A stretch of DNA of 64,000 nt from Candidatus Hydrogenedentota bacterium (GCA_963745075.1 CAVUWV010000012.1:32001-96000); one strand, 5' to 3'. Shown: positions 50,234-62,000, counted from the first letter of the stretch. The notes: generated from the letters alone by a model not told the origin. Program-made: numbers and translations.

Positions 50234-51220
50234 TCAGTGTTTCGGCAACCGCTGCAGTTCCGCCGTGAGCGCCTTCTCCATTTCCAAAGGATACCCTTGG
50301 GGATCGCGAACCTCGAATGTCTGCAAAGGAATGCCGCCCGATTCGACAATGTGTGTGAGACCAGAATCTTCCACACGCACCTGCTGACCGGCAAACCCCC
50401 ACCTTTTGCCGGTGCGCCCCGCCGCATGCAAGAATGCGGCCGTACACCACATGTTGCGGTCTTGCTTCCAGAACTTCTGCACGGCATCTTCGGGGGGCGA
50501 TTGCAGTAAATAGGCGATGGGGTCTTTCTTCGATTGCGTCAGCATGTAGAGGAAGAAGTTCTGAACGGGCGGGGCCTGTTGCGCCAGTACGGTCTCATGC
50601 CGGAACTTCCAATACGAACCATGCCGTTCGCCGAAGCACGGAACCCAATAGACCGGCAAACCGCTCCGTAAGATGCGGATATACGCCGCCGGGTCCATAT
50701 CCACGTTCCACTCATGGTCGCCGTCGCTATTCCCGGCATTCGTATAAAGGCGGGCAACCTTCGACGCGAACAATTCCGGTTCGCGGTTATAGGCGGCGGC
50801 AACGTCTCGCAGACTGCCCGTGGCGAACAACACCACGGGTACGTCCGTGTCGCGCAACACTTGCAGGATCAATTCCACTCCACCCTGCGCTTCCTGCGGC
50901 TGATCGGTAGCGGTATCGTCGACCGCTTTCAGGTTTGCGATCAAGCCGGTGGCATAGGGTGGGGTCTTTCCCGACAGGACCATCGCCTGGCGGAGCGCGC
51001 CAATGGCGGGACGACCTTTCCCACGCGAACCGGTGTCAATGACGATGCCGCGGATGTCGAACTCAGGCATTGCGAACAGGGTGAGCAAATCAAAATGGTC
51101 GTCGGGATCGTCTGGCGGATGATAGAGGTCTGAGCAGTACAGGATGGGGACGCTTCCGGCGGCCGGAAGCGTGACAAGAAGCAGAAGCGCGATACAAACC
51201 ACTCTCAACAATCGACCCAT
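50234..51220 (-). CDS. Secreted nucleoside-hydrolase-fold protein
   Basis: Signal peptide from ATG 51220; SDLYHPPDDPDDHFDL Asp cluster; GSLRDVAAA; EWNVDMDP. Confidence 0.7.
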   Translation of the reverse strand: MGRLLRVVCIALLLLVTLPAAGSVPILYCSDLYHPPDDPDDHFDLLTLFAMPEFDIRGIVIDTGSRGKGRPAIGALRQAMVLSGKTPPYATGLIANLKAVDDTATDQPQEAQGGVELILQVLRDTDVPVVLFATGSLRDVAAAYNREPELFASKVARLYTNAGNSDGDHEWNVDMDPAAYIRILRSGLPVYWVPCFGERHGSYWKFRHETVLAQQAPPVQNFFLYMLTQSKKDPIAYLLQSPPEDAVQKFWKQDRNMWCTAAFLHAAGRTGKRWGFAGQQVRVEDSGLTHIVESGGIPLQTFEVRDPQGYPLEMEKALTAELQRLPKH

Positions 51221-51387
51221 ACCAAATGACTTTGCCCGAAACCAAGACGGGCGATTTAGACGCCAGTATGGAGGCTTCACCGGGTGCATTCAAGGCCGGT
51301 AACACAATGCGCGTGCAAGACGGGATTGCCACTGGCGCCCGGCTCGCGCGCGCTTGTGACGGTGCAGGCATTTTAGCGTGACCAACA

Positions 51388-51597
51388 ACTCGGGCGAAAT
51401 CGAACCGGCACATACATCCCATTATTCAATCTCAAGACGCCCCCTCGGTGTTTGGGCCCAGGACCGATTCGGGTTCACAGAGTGCGTGCGAGAATTCCTC
51501 AACAGTGAGCTTTCAGTTTTTCTCGAAAGCATTTCTCACCGCGCTCAGGGTACCGGTCGGCAAAACGTCGAATTTCGGGGCGGTGAGAAATGCGGGT
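51388..51597 (+). mobile_element. MITE-like element, copy 4 (left arm degenerate)
   Basis: GGGTTCACAGAGTGCGTGCGAGAA...CTCGAAAGCATTTCTCACCG...CGGTGAGAAATGCGGG closely matches copy 2; terminal TA not retained. Confidence 0.75.
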
Positions 51598-51822
51598 GCG
51601 AACCGGCAGACGTTCGCCGGGGCGAGGGCGCGCCCGAGTTCAAGGTGGAGGCCGTGGACTGGGACGCGGAAGCGCCAGGCTGAAACCCGATGGGCCGAAA
51701 GCTTCAGGACAGTAACCGGGACGACTTACCATGAATGCGCGCATTCGAAAAACCCCAAACACGAGTTGCCATGTTTGACCTTGTAAAGTACCTGGATTTC
51801 ACAGCGCGGCACCGCCGCAACC

Positions 51823-51856
51823 AATCTCGAAATCCGAAGCACGAAATCCGAGACAA
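51823..51856 (+). repeat. Short heptanucleotide tandem repeat
   Basis: tcgaaat-ccgaagc-acgaaat-ccgagac, period 7. Confidence 0.6.
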
Positions 51857-51944
51857 GTCTCAATGCTCCAGATGGAAAATGACCAAAACGGTTTTGACGG
51901 GTCCAGTCCCCCTGACAGGTTTGCATGGGCAGGGATCCATATGC

Positions 51945-52038
51945 AGCCCCGGTCGGGGCAGCCCGATGCTAGTCCGGGGTGGAGCGAAGCGGAACCGTGG
52001 GCCCGAGGCTTTCTTGCCACCAAGCCCGTATAGGGCTT
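51945..52038. repeat. REP-like multi-hairpin element
   Basis: GCCCCG-GT-CGGGGC and AAGCCC-GTATA-GGGCTT hairpins around GGGGTGGAGCGAAGCGGAACC; lies just 3' of the GH39-like gene. Confidence 0.5.
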
Positions 52039-52051
52039 CGACTACTCACGT

Positions 52052-53779
52052 TTACGGACCGTTTGATTCCACGTCGAGCACCAGCACTTCGGGGGCGGCG
52101 AGGCGCACGCGGATGGCGCCGTCATTGGCATCGAGTTCAACGGTTCCAACTTCGGAGGTCAGAGGTTTCAGGGTTAGTGAGTCAATCCACTGCTTCTTGT
52201 AGTCTTCGAGACGATCGGAGACGACGAATCCTGCTTCGCGGCTTTTGCCCATCTCGCGTATCGAGCCGAGACGATCCGGCCTCTCGACGAAGTCGGGGGT
52301 GAGCAAGTGGTTCTGTGCGAGCGCTTCACGAATACGATCGTGGACAGCGGTCTGCCGCGTGAGACGGACAAACCGCACGGTCGCGTTTTCGAGCTTCAAT
52401 TGCTTAAGGGGAATGGGGAACGTGACCGTTTCCTCCGCGTGTGTTGCGATGTCTGTGTTGTAGGCGGAGATCACGATCAGTGCGCTGCCTGGCTTGATCG
52501 AGCCGGCAGCGAGATACTGCGTGTTGCCGGGCGACTGTTCGATCGGCGGAAAGAGATACGCGTCGCCTTCCGCCATAGAATCCATTACGCAGAACAGCCA
52601 TGCCTGGCTGGTGAAGAGCAGGTGCAGCGCGCCGTCTCTCCCTCGGAACCGGTCCGCCACACCCCAATGCCACAAGCGATCGATCCCAACTTCGCGCAAC
52701 CGCCACATCATCTGGCACGTCAGTGCGGCCCCCAGCGCACCGGGTTCGTCGCTGGCGAAGGCGCCTTTTGTCACTTCCCCCCATGGCGCCACGCCGAATT
52801 CGTGAATCTCTCGTGAGATGCCCTTGAGTCTGGGCGCGCGTCGCTCAAATTCCTCCCATACGTCGCGGCATGCGGCCGCGTGTTGGGCCGGATCGTCGCC
52901 GGGCCGGTAGTACCGCGAGTAGGCGATCCAGTCCCAGGGGGCCTGCGATTCCTCGGCGATTGCGAACGTGTGGTTCTTCTCGTAGCCATTCACGCTGGCG
53001 CCGGAGAAATTACAGGGTCCGACCTGTGCGCCCGGAAACACGTTGTGGACTGCCGATACGGATACGTCGTAGTGCTTGATATATTCACGGTAGGTTCCGT
53101 CAAATCGTGTGCGCGAGTTGTTTTCCGTGCCGACGCGGAAACGAATATGACTCGTAGCGTCCGGGCCCAGGATGAGGGCGAGTTGGCGGCACACCGCCTC
53201 GATGAATCGCCGCCACTCCTCGGGGTCGCGCGGCGGCGAACTCTGCCCGAGGCCGGAGTTCATCGCGGGGTTCTCGGGAAAACACCAGGGCGCGTTATCC
53301 AATACGAAGGTGAAGTCCCGGTAGCCGCAGTCGAGATAGGGCTGCAACCGCGGACGCAGCAATTCCATCCGGTAACGGATCGTTCCATCTTCGTCGCGGT
53401 ATGCCAAGTCCCGCTCGCGCACCGCAAGGTTGGGCGCACCCTTGTCACTGCCGTCGCTGTATCCGCCGAGCAAGCGGACGACGCTCAGATGATCGGCAAA
53501 CGGCACTTCTTTCGGGAATGGTTTTTTCCGATACGGGAAGTCGCCCTGCTGGACGTAGTCGGGAATCTCGATTAGCCCCTGTCCTTGTTCCAAGAAGGGT
53601 CCCAGCACCGGGCTGTATCGCCAGAACGCGTCGAGTTTGCCCAAGGGTACGGGAGCGCCGGCGGATTGCTCCGGCTCCGTAGCGACCGCGGCCTGCGAGA
53701 GCGTCGCGCAGCAAATGACCAGGATTCCCACAAACAGCGCAGGGGCCGACTCTCCCTTTACAAGGGAAGCGCGCGTCAT
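52052..53779 (-). CDS. GH39-like (clan GH-A) secreted glycoside hydrolase
   Basis: Signal peptide; PPRDPEEWRRFI; RVGTENN (acid/base Glu); IHEFG (nucleophile Glu). Confidence 0.65.
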   Translation of the reverse strand: MTRASLVKGESAPALFVGILVICCATLSQAAVATEPEQSAGAPVPLGKLDAFWRYSPVLGPFLEQGQGLIEIPDYVQQGDFPYRKKPFPKEVPFADHLSVVRLLGGYSDGSDKGAPNLAVRERDLAYRDEDGTIRYRMELLRPRLQPYLDCGYRDFTFVLDNAPWCFPENPAMNSGLGQSSPPRDPEEWRRFIEAVCRQLALILGPDATSHIRFRVGTENNSRTRFDGTYREYIKHYDVSVSAVHNVFPGAQVGPCNFSGASVNGYEKNHTFAIAEESQAPWDWIAYSRYYRPGDDPAQHAAACRDVWEEFERRAPRLKGISREIHEFGVAPWGEVTKGAFASDEPGALGAALTCQMMWRLREVGIDRLWHWGVADRFRGRDGALHLLFTSQAWLFCVMDSMAEGDAYLFPPIEQSPGNTQYLAAGSIKPGSALIVISAYNTDIATHAEETVTFPIPLKQLKLENATVRFVRLTRQTAVHDRIREALAQNHLLTPDFVERPDRLGSIREMGKSREAGFVVSDRLEDYKKQWIDSLTLKPLTSEVGTVELDANDGAIRVRLAAPEVLVLDVESNGP

Positions 53780-53821
53780 CGTAAGTCTCTCCTTACGGTC
53801 TTTCGCGGGACTCGAAATGGG

Positions 53822-55370
53822 CTAAAGCGCTTTCTCGTCCGCTTCCTTAAGTTTCGTGTCATCAACCCCATTTACGTCGTGGACAGCGATGTTGCTTACG
53901 TCTTTTAGGATGAACTGCGGGACATTCTCCCCCTTTTGTGCGTCGATTTGATAGAAGGTCGCATCGTGAACGTCATCCAAGACGAATGCCGGACGCGCGT
54001 CCGTATTCACGTAGCGTAAGACCACGTTGCTCACCCGCAATCCCTTCACATACCGGAAATACATCCCATAAGCCGGCATTGTCTTCCATCGATACGGATC
54101 GGGGTACATGTCGACGTTTTGCGGGATCTCTGCGTCTATCGCATCTTTCGAACCGCCCCCGCGGTAATAGATTCGGATGTTGCTCAACGTTAAGTCTTCG
54201 ATATAGTGTCCGGGAATGCCCATCACCATTCCGGCGCCCAATCCCGGCGCCATGGGGCGTCCACCCACATCGTACACGTTCAGGTTGCTGATGGTGATGC
54301 GTTTGCAGGTGCCGACCGGAGTGCCCTCGGGACCGCGCATCCGCGCATTCAGCCGGATGAAGAACGGCGTGTCCGTTACATCGCGCATGGTGATGTTGTC
54401 GAACACAATATCTTCAATTGCGCCGCCGTCCGCCGTTTCGATGCAGAGTCCCCGCGAACGTTCGAAAACGCAATTGGAAACGGCGATGTTCTTGAAGCCT
54501 CCGTTCGATTCCGTTCCCAACTTCAGTCGGCCGGTGATGCAGTGGTTCGCGCCCGGTGTTTCGTCTTTGAATTCGGTCTTGAAGGTGCCGTCCATCAAGG
54601 AACCGTGGTCGTAGCCAAACACCTGGCAGTTCGTAATCGTCACGTTCTCCGTAGCACGGGCGGAACCTAAAGCAAAGGAAGACTTCAGACAAATTCCATC
54701 GTCGGTAGGCGAGTTCACGATGCAGTTCGAGATAAGAACGTTCTTGCAGCAGTCGATATCGAATCCGTCGCGGTCCGCATCGACGCGCACATTGTCGATG
54801 GTCAAATTGTCGACTCCCGTGGCCAGGATACAGAAGTGACCCCCGTGGAGAATCGAAATGTCGCGAACCGTCACGTTATGACAGCTCTTCAGCGCGATTG
54901 CCTTGTTTCCCGATCCTTTGATGTCCGGTTTATCGTATGTTTTCAGTCCTTTTCCCCAAATCATTCCATTGCCAACGATCGCAATGTCGTGCAGGCCGTC
55001 ACCGTAGATCAGGCTGTTGTTCCAGTAGCTGTGCCCAAAATCCTGAAACTTTTTGTACCAGACCGGTTCGTCGGGGCACGTCATATCCCACCCCGTCCAC
55101 TTCTTCATCACCAATCAATACCGCTCCCTGGTCGAGAAACAACGTAATGTCGTTCTGCAGGTGAATCGTATAGGAAAGAAAATCACCAGCAGGAAAGTAG
55201 ACCGTTCCCCCTCCGTCTTTTGCGGCGGCATCGATTGCGGCATTGATGGCTTTCGTATTGTTGGTGTTGCCGTCTCCCTTCGCGCCGTAATCGAGCACAT
55301 TGTAGAACATCGCCTGTGCGGAGCTGGATGCCGCAATCAGGCAGAACGCAAGCAATGCTGTTTTTCTCAT
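53822..55370 (-). CDS. GH28 family beta-helix glycoside hydrolase (one frameshift ~55075)
   Basis: YNVLDYGAKGDG...AINAAI; FQDFGHSYW; DRDGFDIDCC; TDDGICLKS; LKLGTESNGGF. One extra C in a run of four splits the gene. Confidence 0.88.
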
Positions 55371-55490
55371 CTGATTCTCCATCGACAGGTGACTCTCTAC
55401 GCTGCACAAGTTCGTTTCATTATTTGTCTACTTGGCGAGGAATTGACGCGCTTCGGGCGAGCCAACAACCGTAGCTTCCAAGAAAGCGGG

Positions 55491-57602
55491 CTACTCTTTT
55501 CCCACATCGAAGAGTGCGGTAAGCGTTGTGTCTTTAGTTACATCCACCTCGATGCTCGGCGAACTGCCGCGGTCCTGCCACTCGCGGAAGTGGAATTTCT
55601 TGCCCTCGCTCGGCTTGGTGGGGTTGGACGGATCCATGAACTGGCCGAGCCGTTCGCCGGAACCGTAGCCCTTCGGCGTCTTCATGTCGGCGGGAACCAC
55701 GTCGACGATCTCGATCGTATGGTTGCCCGGCTTGTCGAAGACGATACTGAACTGACCGAAGTTCGGACCCAGCGTGTACTCCGTCGTCCAATGCCCACTG
55801 TGGGTCCAATAGTCGAACCCGTCGACCCGAAAGCGCACCTCGCCAAGAGCCGGTGATGTTACGACCGTTAGCCTGGGTCCGCTCGAGCTCAAGTCATTCG
55901 TGCCGTCCGGCGTAAAGAGATAGACCCGTCCCGAATACGCGGGGATTTCCAGCGTTCCGGTTTCGGAGAGATCAAGGGGACGGCCATGACGGTCGGCCTC
56001 TTCGAAACCGCCGTTCAAGGCACGTTCCGCGCCACGCTCTTCGCGCAAGGAGACGTCGTCAAACCAGGCGGAGCCTGTCTTGTTTCGGAAAAGCGCGAGC
56101 AGGTTTAAGGACTTAATCGGTTTTTCGGGATGTATCGTGACCGTTTCGTATTCAAAATCGTGCGTCCCCACATTGAACGGCGCGACTTGACCATAGAGCC
56201 AGGTTCCGTCGTTATATTGGGCGTCCACATATAGCGCGTAATCGCTGTCCCGGCTTCCGTCCACGTTCTCCGCCTTGCTCCAGCCACTCACTACTACCGG
56301 CGCGGGTCTCTTCTGATTCAACGCGATCGTTTGGATCACGCCGCCCGATTGCCCCGCCGTGGTGTTCGTGCAGGCCACGCTGCGATTGCCCCCGTGCGTC
56401 GTGCTGGTGTCCACGTGGTAGTTGCCCTGTCCATACGGCCCCCAGTCGGCCAGCGCCGTGCCAAACAGATCGAACAATCGCTGCGTGGGAATGGGGGGCG
56501 CCAGGGTAATCGATGCCGCTCTTTCCTTGTCGGGATTGACCGCTACCATTCCGGCTTCGAACACGCGATAGTGCACGCCGTTCTCTTCCAATTCGTCCGT
56601 AAGCGGAGCGCCGAGGCGTAATCGGTACAAGTCTGCGGTATCCGGGTTGGCCAGGGAAGTGCCGCCGTTCCAGACAAATCCGGCGAGGCGCGCACTCGCG
56701 TAACAGAAGAACGCGTCTTCCCGCACGCCGTACGTCGTGTGACCCAGGTAACTGAGCGCCTGGATTTGTTTGCCGGCCTTCACGTAGGGCTGGAGATCCT
56801 TGCCGGCCTTGTTCCAGTGCGTGGTCCAGTCGAACCACCGGTCCGTGCTGACCCACGTGCAGATATACGATTCGAGCATCTCCGCGTCGAGATAGGGCCA
56901 GAACTCATGCGGCAACGTCGTGGGTGAGGCGCTGTTACCGAGCACGGCGCCGTCGGGCTTGTACTCCTTCACGAGTTCGCGCACGCGCTTCAGCAACATG
57001 GCGAAGGCCTGGTTCTGATCGCCGTAGATGTGCTGATGCTTGCCAAACTCCGGACCAAAGCAGGGCGCTCGCGACGACAGATTGTCGACGAATACCCCAT
57101 CTGCGCCCAGTTCCATGATCTTGCGCACCCACGCGACCATCGCATCCTGGTATGCCTGGACGTTGGGGCAGGTCGTATACATGTTCTTCGCGTCTTCAGA
57201 CTCCCAGAACCCCGTGCGCTTCAGATTTCCGTCCTGATCGACCTCGATGAAGTCGGGGTGATCCTTGAGGTTGATCCCCATATAGGTCTGATTCGCGAAG
57301 CCTTGGTAGAAGGTGACATAGGGAAAGCAACGAATACCCAAGGCGTGACACCGCTGGAAGTAGTCGCGATTGATGGGGCAATGGGTGATGAACGCAACCT
57401 TGGATTGGGCCAGCGCGTCCCAATCATTGGGATGGAAGCCGAAGGCGTAGGTTTCCGAATTGACCAGCCAGTCTGGCGCGGATTCGCCGATACCCAATTG
57501 TTGCGCCTGCGCCGTGCGCGCTTTCCACGCGTCCGAAGGCTCGCCCGCGCCCGCGACGCACGCGGCGATGAGTACCAGCACCAACGTTGTGCACCTGTTC
57601 AC
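55491..57602 (-). CDS. Putative glycoside hydrolase (TIM barrel) with CBM4/9-like domain
   Basis: GTG start after GGGAGA; signal peptide; GADGVFVDN; AWFDDVSL and NGGFE carbohydrate-binding-module motifs. Confidence 0.6.
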   Translation of the reverse strand: MNRCTTLVLVLIAACVAGAGEPSDAWKARTAQAQQLGIGESAPDWLVNSETYAFGFHPNDWDALAQSKVAFITHCPINRDYFQRCHALGIRCFPYVTFYQGFANQTYMGINLKDHPDFIEVDQDGNLKRTGFWESEDAKNMYTTCPNVQAYQDAMVAWVRKIMELGADGVFVDNLSSRAPCFGPEFGKHQHIYGDQNQAFAMLLKRVRELVKEYKPDGAVLGNSASPTTLPHEFWPYLDAEMLESYICTWVSTDRWFDWTTHWNKAGKDLQPYVKAGKQIQALSYLGHTTYGVREDAFFCYASARLAGFVWNGGTSLANPDTADLYRLRLGAPLTDELEENGVHYRVFEAGMVAVNPDKERAASITLAPPIPTQRLFDLFGTALADWGPYGQGNYHVDTSTTHGGNRSVACTNTTAGQSGGVIQTIALNQKRPAPVVVSGWSKAENVDGSRDSDYALYVDAQYNDGTWLYGQVAPFNVGTHDFEYETVTIHPEKPIKSLNLLALFRNKTGSAWFDDVSLREERGAERALNGGFEEADRHGRPLDLSETGTLEIPAYSGRVYLFTPDGTNDLSSSGPRLTVVTSPALGEVRFRVDGFDYWTHSGHWTTEYTLGPNFGQFSIVFDKPGNHTIEIVDVVPADMKTPKGYGSGERLGQFMDPSNPTKPSEGKKFHFREWQDRGSSPSIEVDVTKDTTLTALFDVGKE

Positions 57603-57765
57603 CACTCGTATCTCCCTTATTGTATTGCTCGGTCGTATTGGGGTTCTCGCAGGATCTTGGCCGGCCGCCGCGCATTCACAGAGTACCATAGCGGACGCGC
57701 TTGATTGCTCGAAGACATTGCCGGCGCCGGCTATACGGACGGCTCGGCCCCGCTGGCGACGCGAT

Positions 57766-57788
57766 CCGGCGTTGAGAATCGACGCCGG
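57766..57788. terminator. GC-rich hairpin downstream of the URO-D family gene
   Basis: CCGGCGTTGA-GAA-TCGACGCCGG; no clear U tract. Confidence 0.3.
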
Positions 57789-57800
57789 CTTGAGGCGTTT

Positions 57801-59030
57801 CTATGCTCCGTCGCGGACCGCGTCAAGCATGGCGATGATGTTTTCGGGAGGCACGTGGGCCAGGATGTTGTGGACCTGTTGAAACACAAATCCGCCCCCC
57901 GGACGCAGGATACGCACGTGGTCCTTCACGTGTTCGCGAACTTGTTCGGGCGTGCCTTGCGGCAGGATGATCTGCGTGTCGCACCCGCCGCCCCAAAAGA
58001 CGAGATCGTGCCCGAAGTCTTTCTTCAATGAGCTTGGTTCCATGCCTCGGCACGTGATTTGAACCGGGTTCGTCGCGTCCAGGCCCGCTTCAATGAGATC
58101 GGGCATCAGTTCGCGGAACCCGCCACAGCAATGCAGCATAACTTTGACGTCGGCGAGTTCCTTGGCTCGGGTCCACATACGCTTGTGGTGCGGCTTAAAA
58201 AGTTCCCGGTACATATCGGGTGATATTTGCGGACCCGATTGCATGCCGAGGTCGTCGCCGAACAGGATTACGTCGATGTACGCGCCGACTGTGTTCAGGT
58301 AGTGTTCGAGGTTCTTTACGTGAATGTCGGTAAGTCGTTCGAGAAATCGGTGCACCACGTCGGGCCGTTCGGCAAGCAACATGAGGAACAGGTCGTTCCT
58401 CCAGAAGAACTGGCCCATTTCGAGGAGGTTCCCCCCGAAAAGACCGATGATCGCACGATCGCTAGTTTCGCGGAGTCTACGTGCGCCGTCGGCAAATCGC
58501 TTGTCTCCGTCGGGCCCGGCAATCAGCGGGCCGGGCGGCGACGCGACGGAGCACCACATGTTTTCGTCCATGGCTTCGAGAATGCTGTCGGGGTTGAGCC
58601 CTTCGGCGAAGGGATAGTACGTCTGCTCGAAGTAAAGTGCGCCGTCCGGCATGGCGGCGATGACGCGACCGGACGATGACCGCAGCACCCAGCGTCCCTG
58701 CTCCCGTTCCGGCAGGGCCCAGACCGGCATCTGGCACGGGCTTCCGTCTGGCAGCGTCCAGTCCGCCCAGTCCTTATCGTCGGTGGCAAAGGCCCGGCCC
58801 AGCTCAATGGTGTCTATGCCGAAACGATCCAGCACATCTTCATGGACCACGGCCAATTGCTGGACTGGATCGTAGACCCGCACCGGTTTCGGCGGCAGGC
58901 CCAGTGCCCCGCGCAACTTGGGATAAGCGATTGCCGAAATACCGGACGATCGGTGGCCGGACAAATCGATAGGAACGCGATCCGGTTCCTTGTGATTCAG
59001 TGCGGCGAGTACTCGTTCACGCGATGTCAT
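57801..59030 (-). CDS. Uroporphyrinogen decarboxylase / MtaA-CmuA superfamily protein
   Basis: MTSRERVLAALNHKEPDRVPIDL, GDDLGMQ, LHCCG, FWGGGCDTQ, GGGFVFQQVHNI. Confidence 0.85.
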   Translation of the reverse strand: MTSRERVLAALNHKEPDRVPIDLSGHRSSGISAIAYPKLRGALGLPPKPVRVYDPVQQLAVVHEDVLDRFGIDTIELGRAFATDDKDWADWTLPDGSPCQMPVWALPEREQGRWVLRSSSGRVIAAMPDGALYFEQTYYPFAEGLNPDSILEAMDENMWCSVASPPGPLIAGPDGDKRFADGARRLRETSDRAIIGLFGGNLLEMGQFFWRNDLFLMLLAERPDVVHRFLERLTDIHVKNLEHYLNTVGAYIDVILFGDDLGMQSGPQISPDMYRELFKPHHKRMWTRAKELADVKVMLHCCGGFRELMPDLIEAGLDATNPVQITCRGMEPSSLKKDFGHDLVFWGGGCDTQIILPQGTPEQVREHVKDHVRILRPGGGFVFQQVHNILAHVPPENIIAMLDAVRDGA

Positions 59031-59042
59031 GGCGCCTTCTTC

Positions 59043-62000
59043 CTACTCCAGCCCGGCCAGGTACAGGGTGGCGATACCATATGCGGGCAGCGTTACCGTG
59101 TCTTCAATTCGTTCCAGTTTGTCTTCGTTCAAGTTGCTCATGAATGCCTGTACCGGTCGCCCGTCACCACGGGCAATGCGTGCGGTTTCAGGACGGCCCG
59201 AAGTCGCGAACAGCCGGACCACCCAGCCTTTACCATCGTCGCTGGGTTTCAACGCCGTTACGACGACCCCTTCCGGTTCGACATGGAGGAGCGAGGTCGG
59301 CTGGCGCTCGCCGGGATCCACGGGGACCGCAAGCAAGGGCTGGCTTCGTTCCACACCAAAGCGGTAGGCCGAGGCCGCGTCGAAGCGTCCGTGAGGCCGT
59401 ATCGCGTATCTAAACGTTGTCGGCCCTTCCTGGCCCGCCTTGTAGTTTGTCTCCCAGTAGTTGTTCATCACGTACGAGTAGAACGTTTGCGATGGGGCAA
59501 TATGATCGATCCAGCCGACGGTTCGGGCGTCGGTTGTGATGGCGCCGATCTCGATCAACGGCGCATCGACCGTCGCCCACGTCACGCCGCGATCCTGATT
59601 GGCGATATCCACCCAACGCTGGACCGTGAAGTAGTTCTTGCAGGACCCCGGCAATTGATCGCACTCGGGACGAATCACGGCCCAAGGGATATTCATCCGG
59701 AGCACGCCATCCGGAACATTGAAGGCGAACGCGAGGTGCACTCGCTTCAGGATCGTAGATGTTTTCCTTGTCGAGGGTCGTCGAAAGATCCACATGGTCG
59801 AGGCCCGCGACGACGCGGAGTTCCCGCGTCAATCCGCGACAGCCCGGCGCGTCCGACGTCACTTCGAGCGCCGCCACGAGCGGGCCCGATTCCTTCACGG
59901 CGATCTTCGCCGGACCATTGCGTTGCGCCGTCTTCGGGTCCCGTCCGGCGACGTAGAAGTAGTCGTTGAGTCCCAGTCCGTTGGCGCCGTCCACGAGATT
60001 GACCGGTGAGCCTTCGCACGCGAGCGATGCGATCGCCCCGGTGGTTTCGTCTACGGTAAGCGTGACGGCGCCGTTCGAAAGGCTCGGTCCGTTTGCCTCC
60101 GCGCGCCCGGCGATAAAGGGCTCTCCGGATTGGAATCGAAATCGCGCGGCACCCAGAGGCGGTACGTCTTTGGCCAGGAACACGAGCGCTCCGGACGCCA
60201 GCCGTTGCGACGGCACGGGATTGCCGCCTTCATCGGTTACCCGGTCTCCGGCCACGGTCCATTCGACAGGGCACTTCCACCAGGTCGGTGCGCGGCCATG
60301 ATGCCGTGTTGTACACGTCAATCGCGTTGATTGTCCCGAAGGTTCTTGCGCGTCCAACGCTTCCGCCAGCAAGTCACGTGACTGCCGTTCGGCTTCGAGG
60401 GCGAAGGCCTGTTTGATCCGCCACTGGTTGAGCGCGAAATCGCTTTCCGGCTCGGTGATGCTGTTGTGCGCGCCCCAGGTGTGCTCGTCGTACAGCAGGG
60501 CCTCGCGCCAGGCCGCGTTGAATTTGCCGGCCGGATAGTTTTGCACACCGCGCATCGCCCAGAGGGTTTGGGCCTGGACCAGACGTTCCGCTGCCGCGCG
60601 ATTGATCGAGGTCTCACGCGCCGACGACGCCGCGCCGTCTTCCCAGTACGGCGTAAAGTCGCCGCTGACTGATGGAATCTGGTCGCGATAGCGCTCCTCG
60701 AATGCGTGAAACATCTCGCTGTCGGTGGTAATCACGAGCCGGGGGAAAGGTAGCGTTCATTCCAATCCTTCACGAAGTCGCAAATGCCCGGATCGGGAGG
60801 CCCGTTGTCGCCGCCGATGTTGTAGCGGACCTGCACCATGTCGTAGGGGTAACCCTTGGCGTCCAGATCGTCGAGGTACTCGAGCAGCGCCGTCCCGTCC
60901 CGGAGCGGTCCGCGGTGGAACCAGGAATAGCCGTGACCGGCCATCCAGCACAAGACCTTCTGGTTTTCCGAAGGCGATACCCAGTAGAAGGGCCGGTCGC
61001 CCCACGCCGACAAGGTCGATCCGATGCGGTGCCCGTAGTTCGGTCCGATGGAGAAATACTTCACGCCGCTCAGCGCGAAGGCGGGCACGATGCCCCAGGT
61101 GTATCCGGGGACATCGGTGATCATGGCGGAGTCAATCGTGAGGTCATACTGCTGAGCGAGACGCCGCGCGCATCCGGTCAGTTCGCAGGAGTTCCTCGGG
61201 ACGGCACAGCGCGGTGAGTTCGTTGCCGTATAACGCGTCCAGGCCAATCCAGCCCTTCTTCACCGCCGCGACGAACCGCTCGCGGGTATCCGCATCGGCT
61301 TTGGCGAGGTAGCTGTCCACGGCCCACAGGCCTTCCGGGCTCCACTTGAATTGCGCCCCGGCGGGGTAGTCGGCCGTTTTCTTCGCAAGATCGATGGCCT
61401 GATCGATGAACTCCCACTGCCGGGCTTCGACCTCCGTTTGCACGTGGGTGTAGCCGATGTCGAGATGCGTATGGTGCAGGAGGTATACGACCCATTCGCG
61501 GACCGGCTGGACCACGACCTCCCGATCCGCCAGCACTGCGCCGTTGGATTCCAGTTTGACGGCGACGTTGGTCTCCTTCTCCACGGCGGGTGTCTCGTAC
61601 TCGATAGACTGCTGGCCCTGGACGATCTGGACCGGAACCGGATCCCCGCCGCCGACGGCTAACGTCGCATCGATCGGGTCGCCGATATGTTGAATGTGCA
61701 CGTCGACAGGCTGGTACTTTTCGCCCTGTCGCTCGAACAAGACGCCTCGCGTGCTCACAGAATCTACCATCGTCTCCGCAGTCAACCCGCCGAGAGACAT
61801 ACCGGAGGGGGTCTCCAACGCGAGCGCGTCGTACAGCATCCAGCTTCCGGCAATCGCTGTGATGGCGATGGCGTTGTTGCCTTGCTTCAGTTCCGCCGCG
61901 GGAAAGACCACTGTAAAACGATGTTCCTTCCCCGCGGAGGCGTTGCCGCGGATGGACTCATCGGACGCGCCGCGCGGGGTGCTGTGCTCGTAGGAGTGGC

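Noticed and set aside
50167..50487. 5' part of the 350-aa ORF as the PhoD N-terminus
   Set aside because: It is an out-of-frame overlap with the nucleoside-hydrolase-like gene and shows no PhoD motifs.
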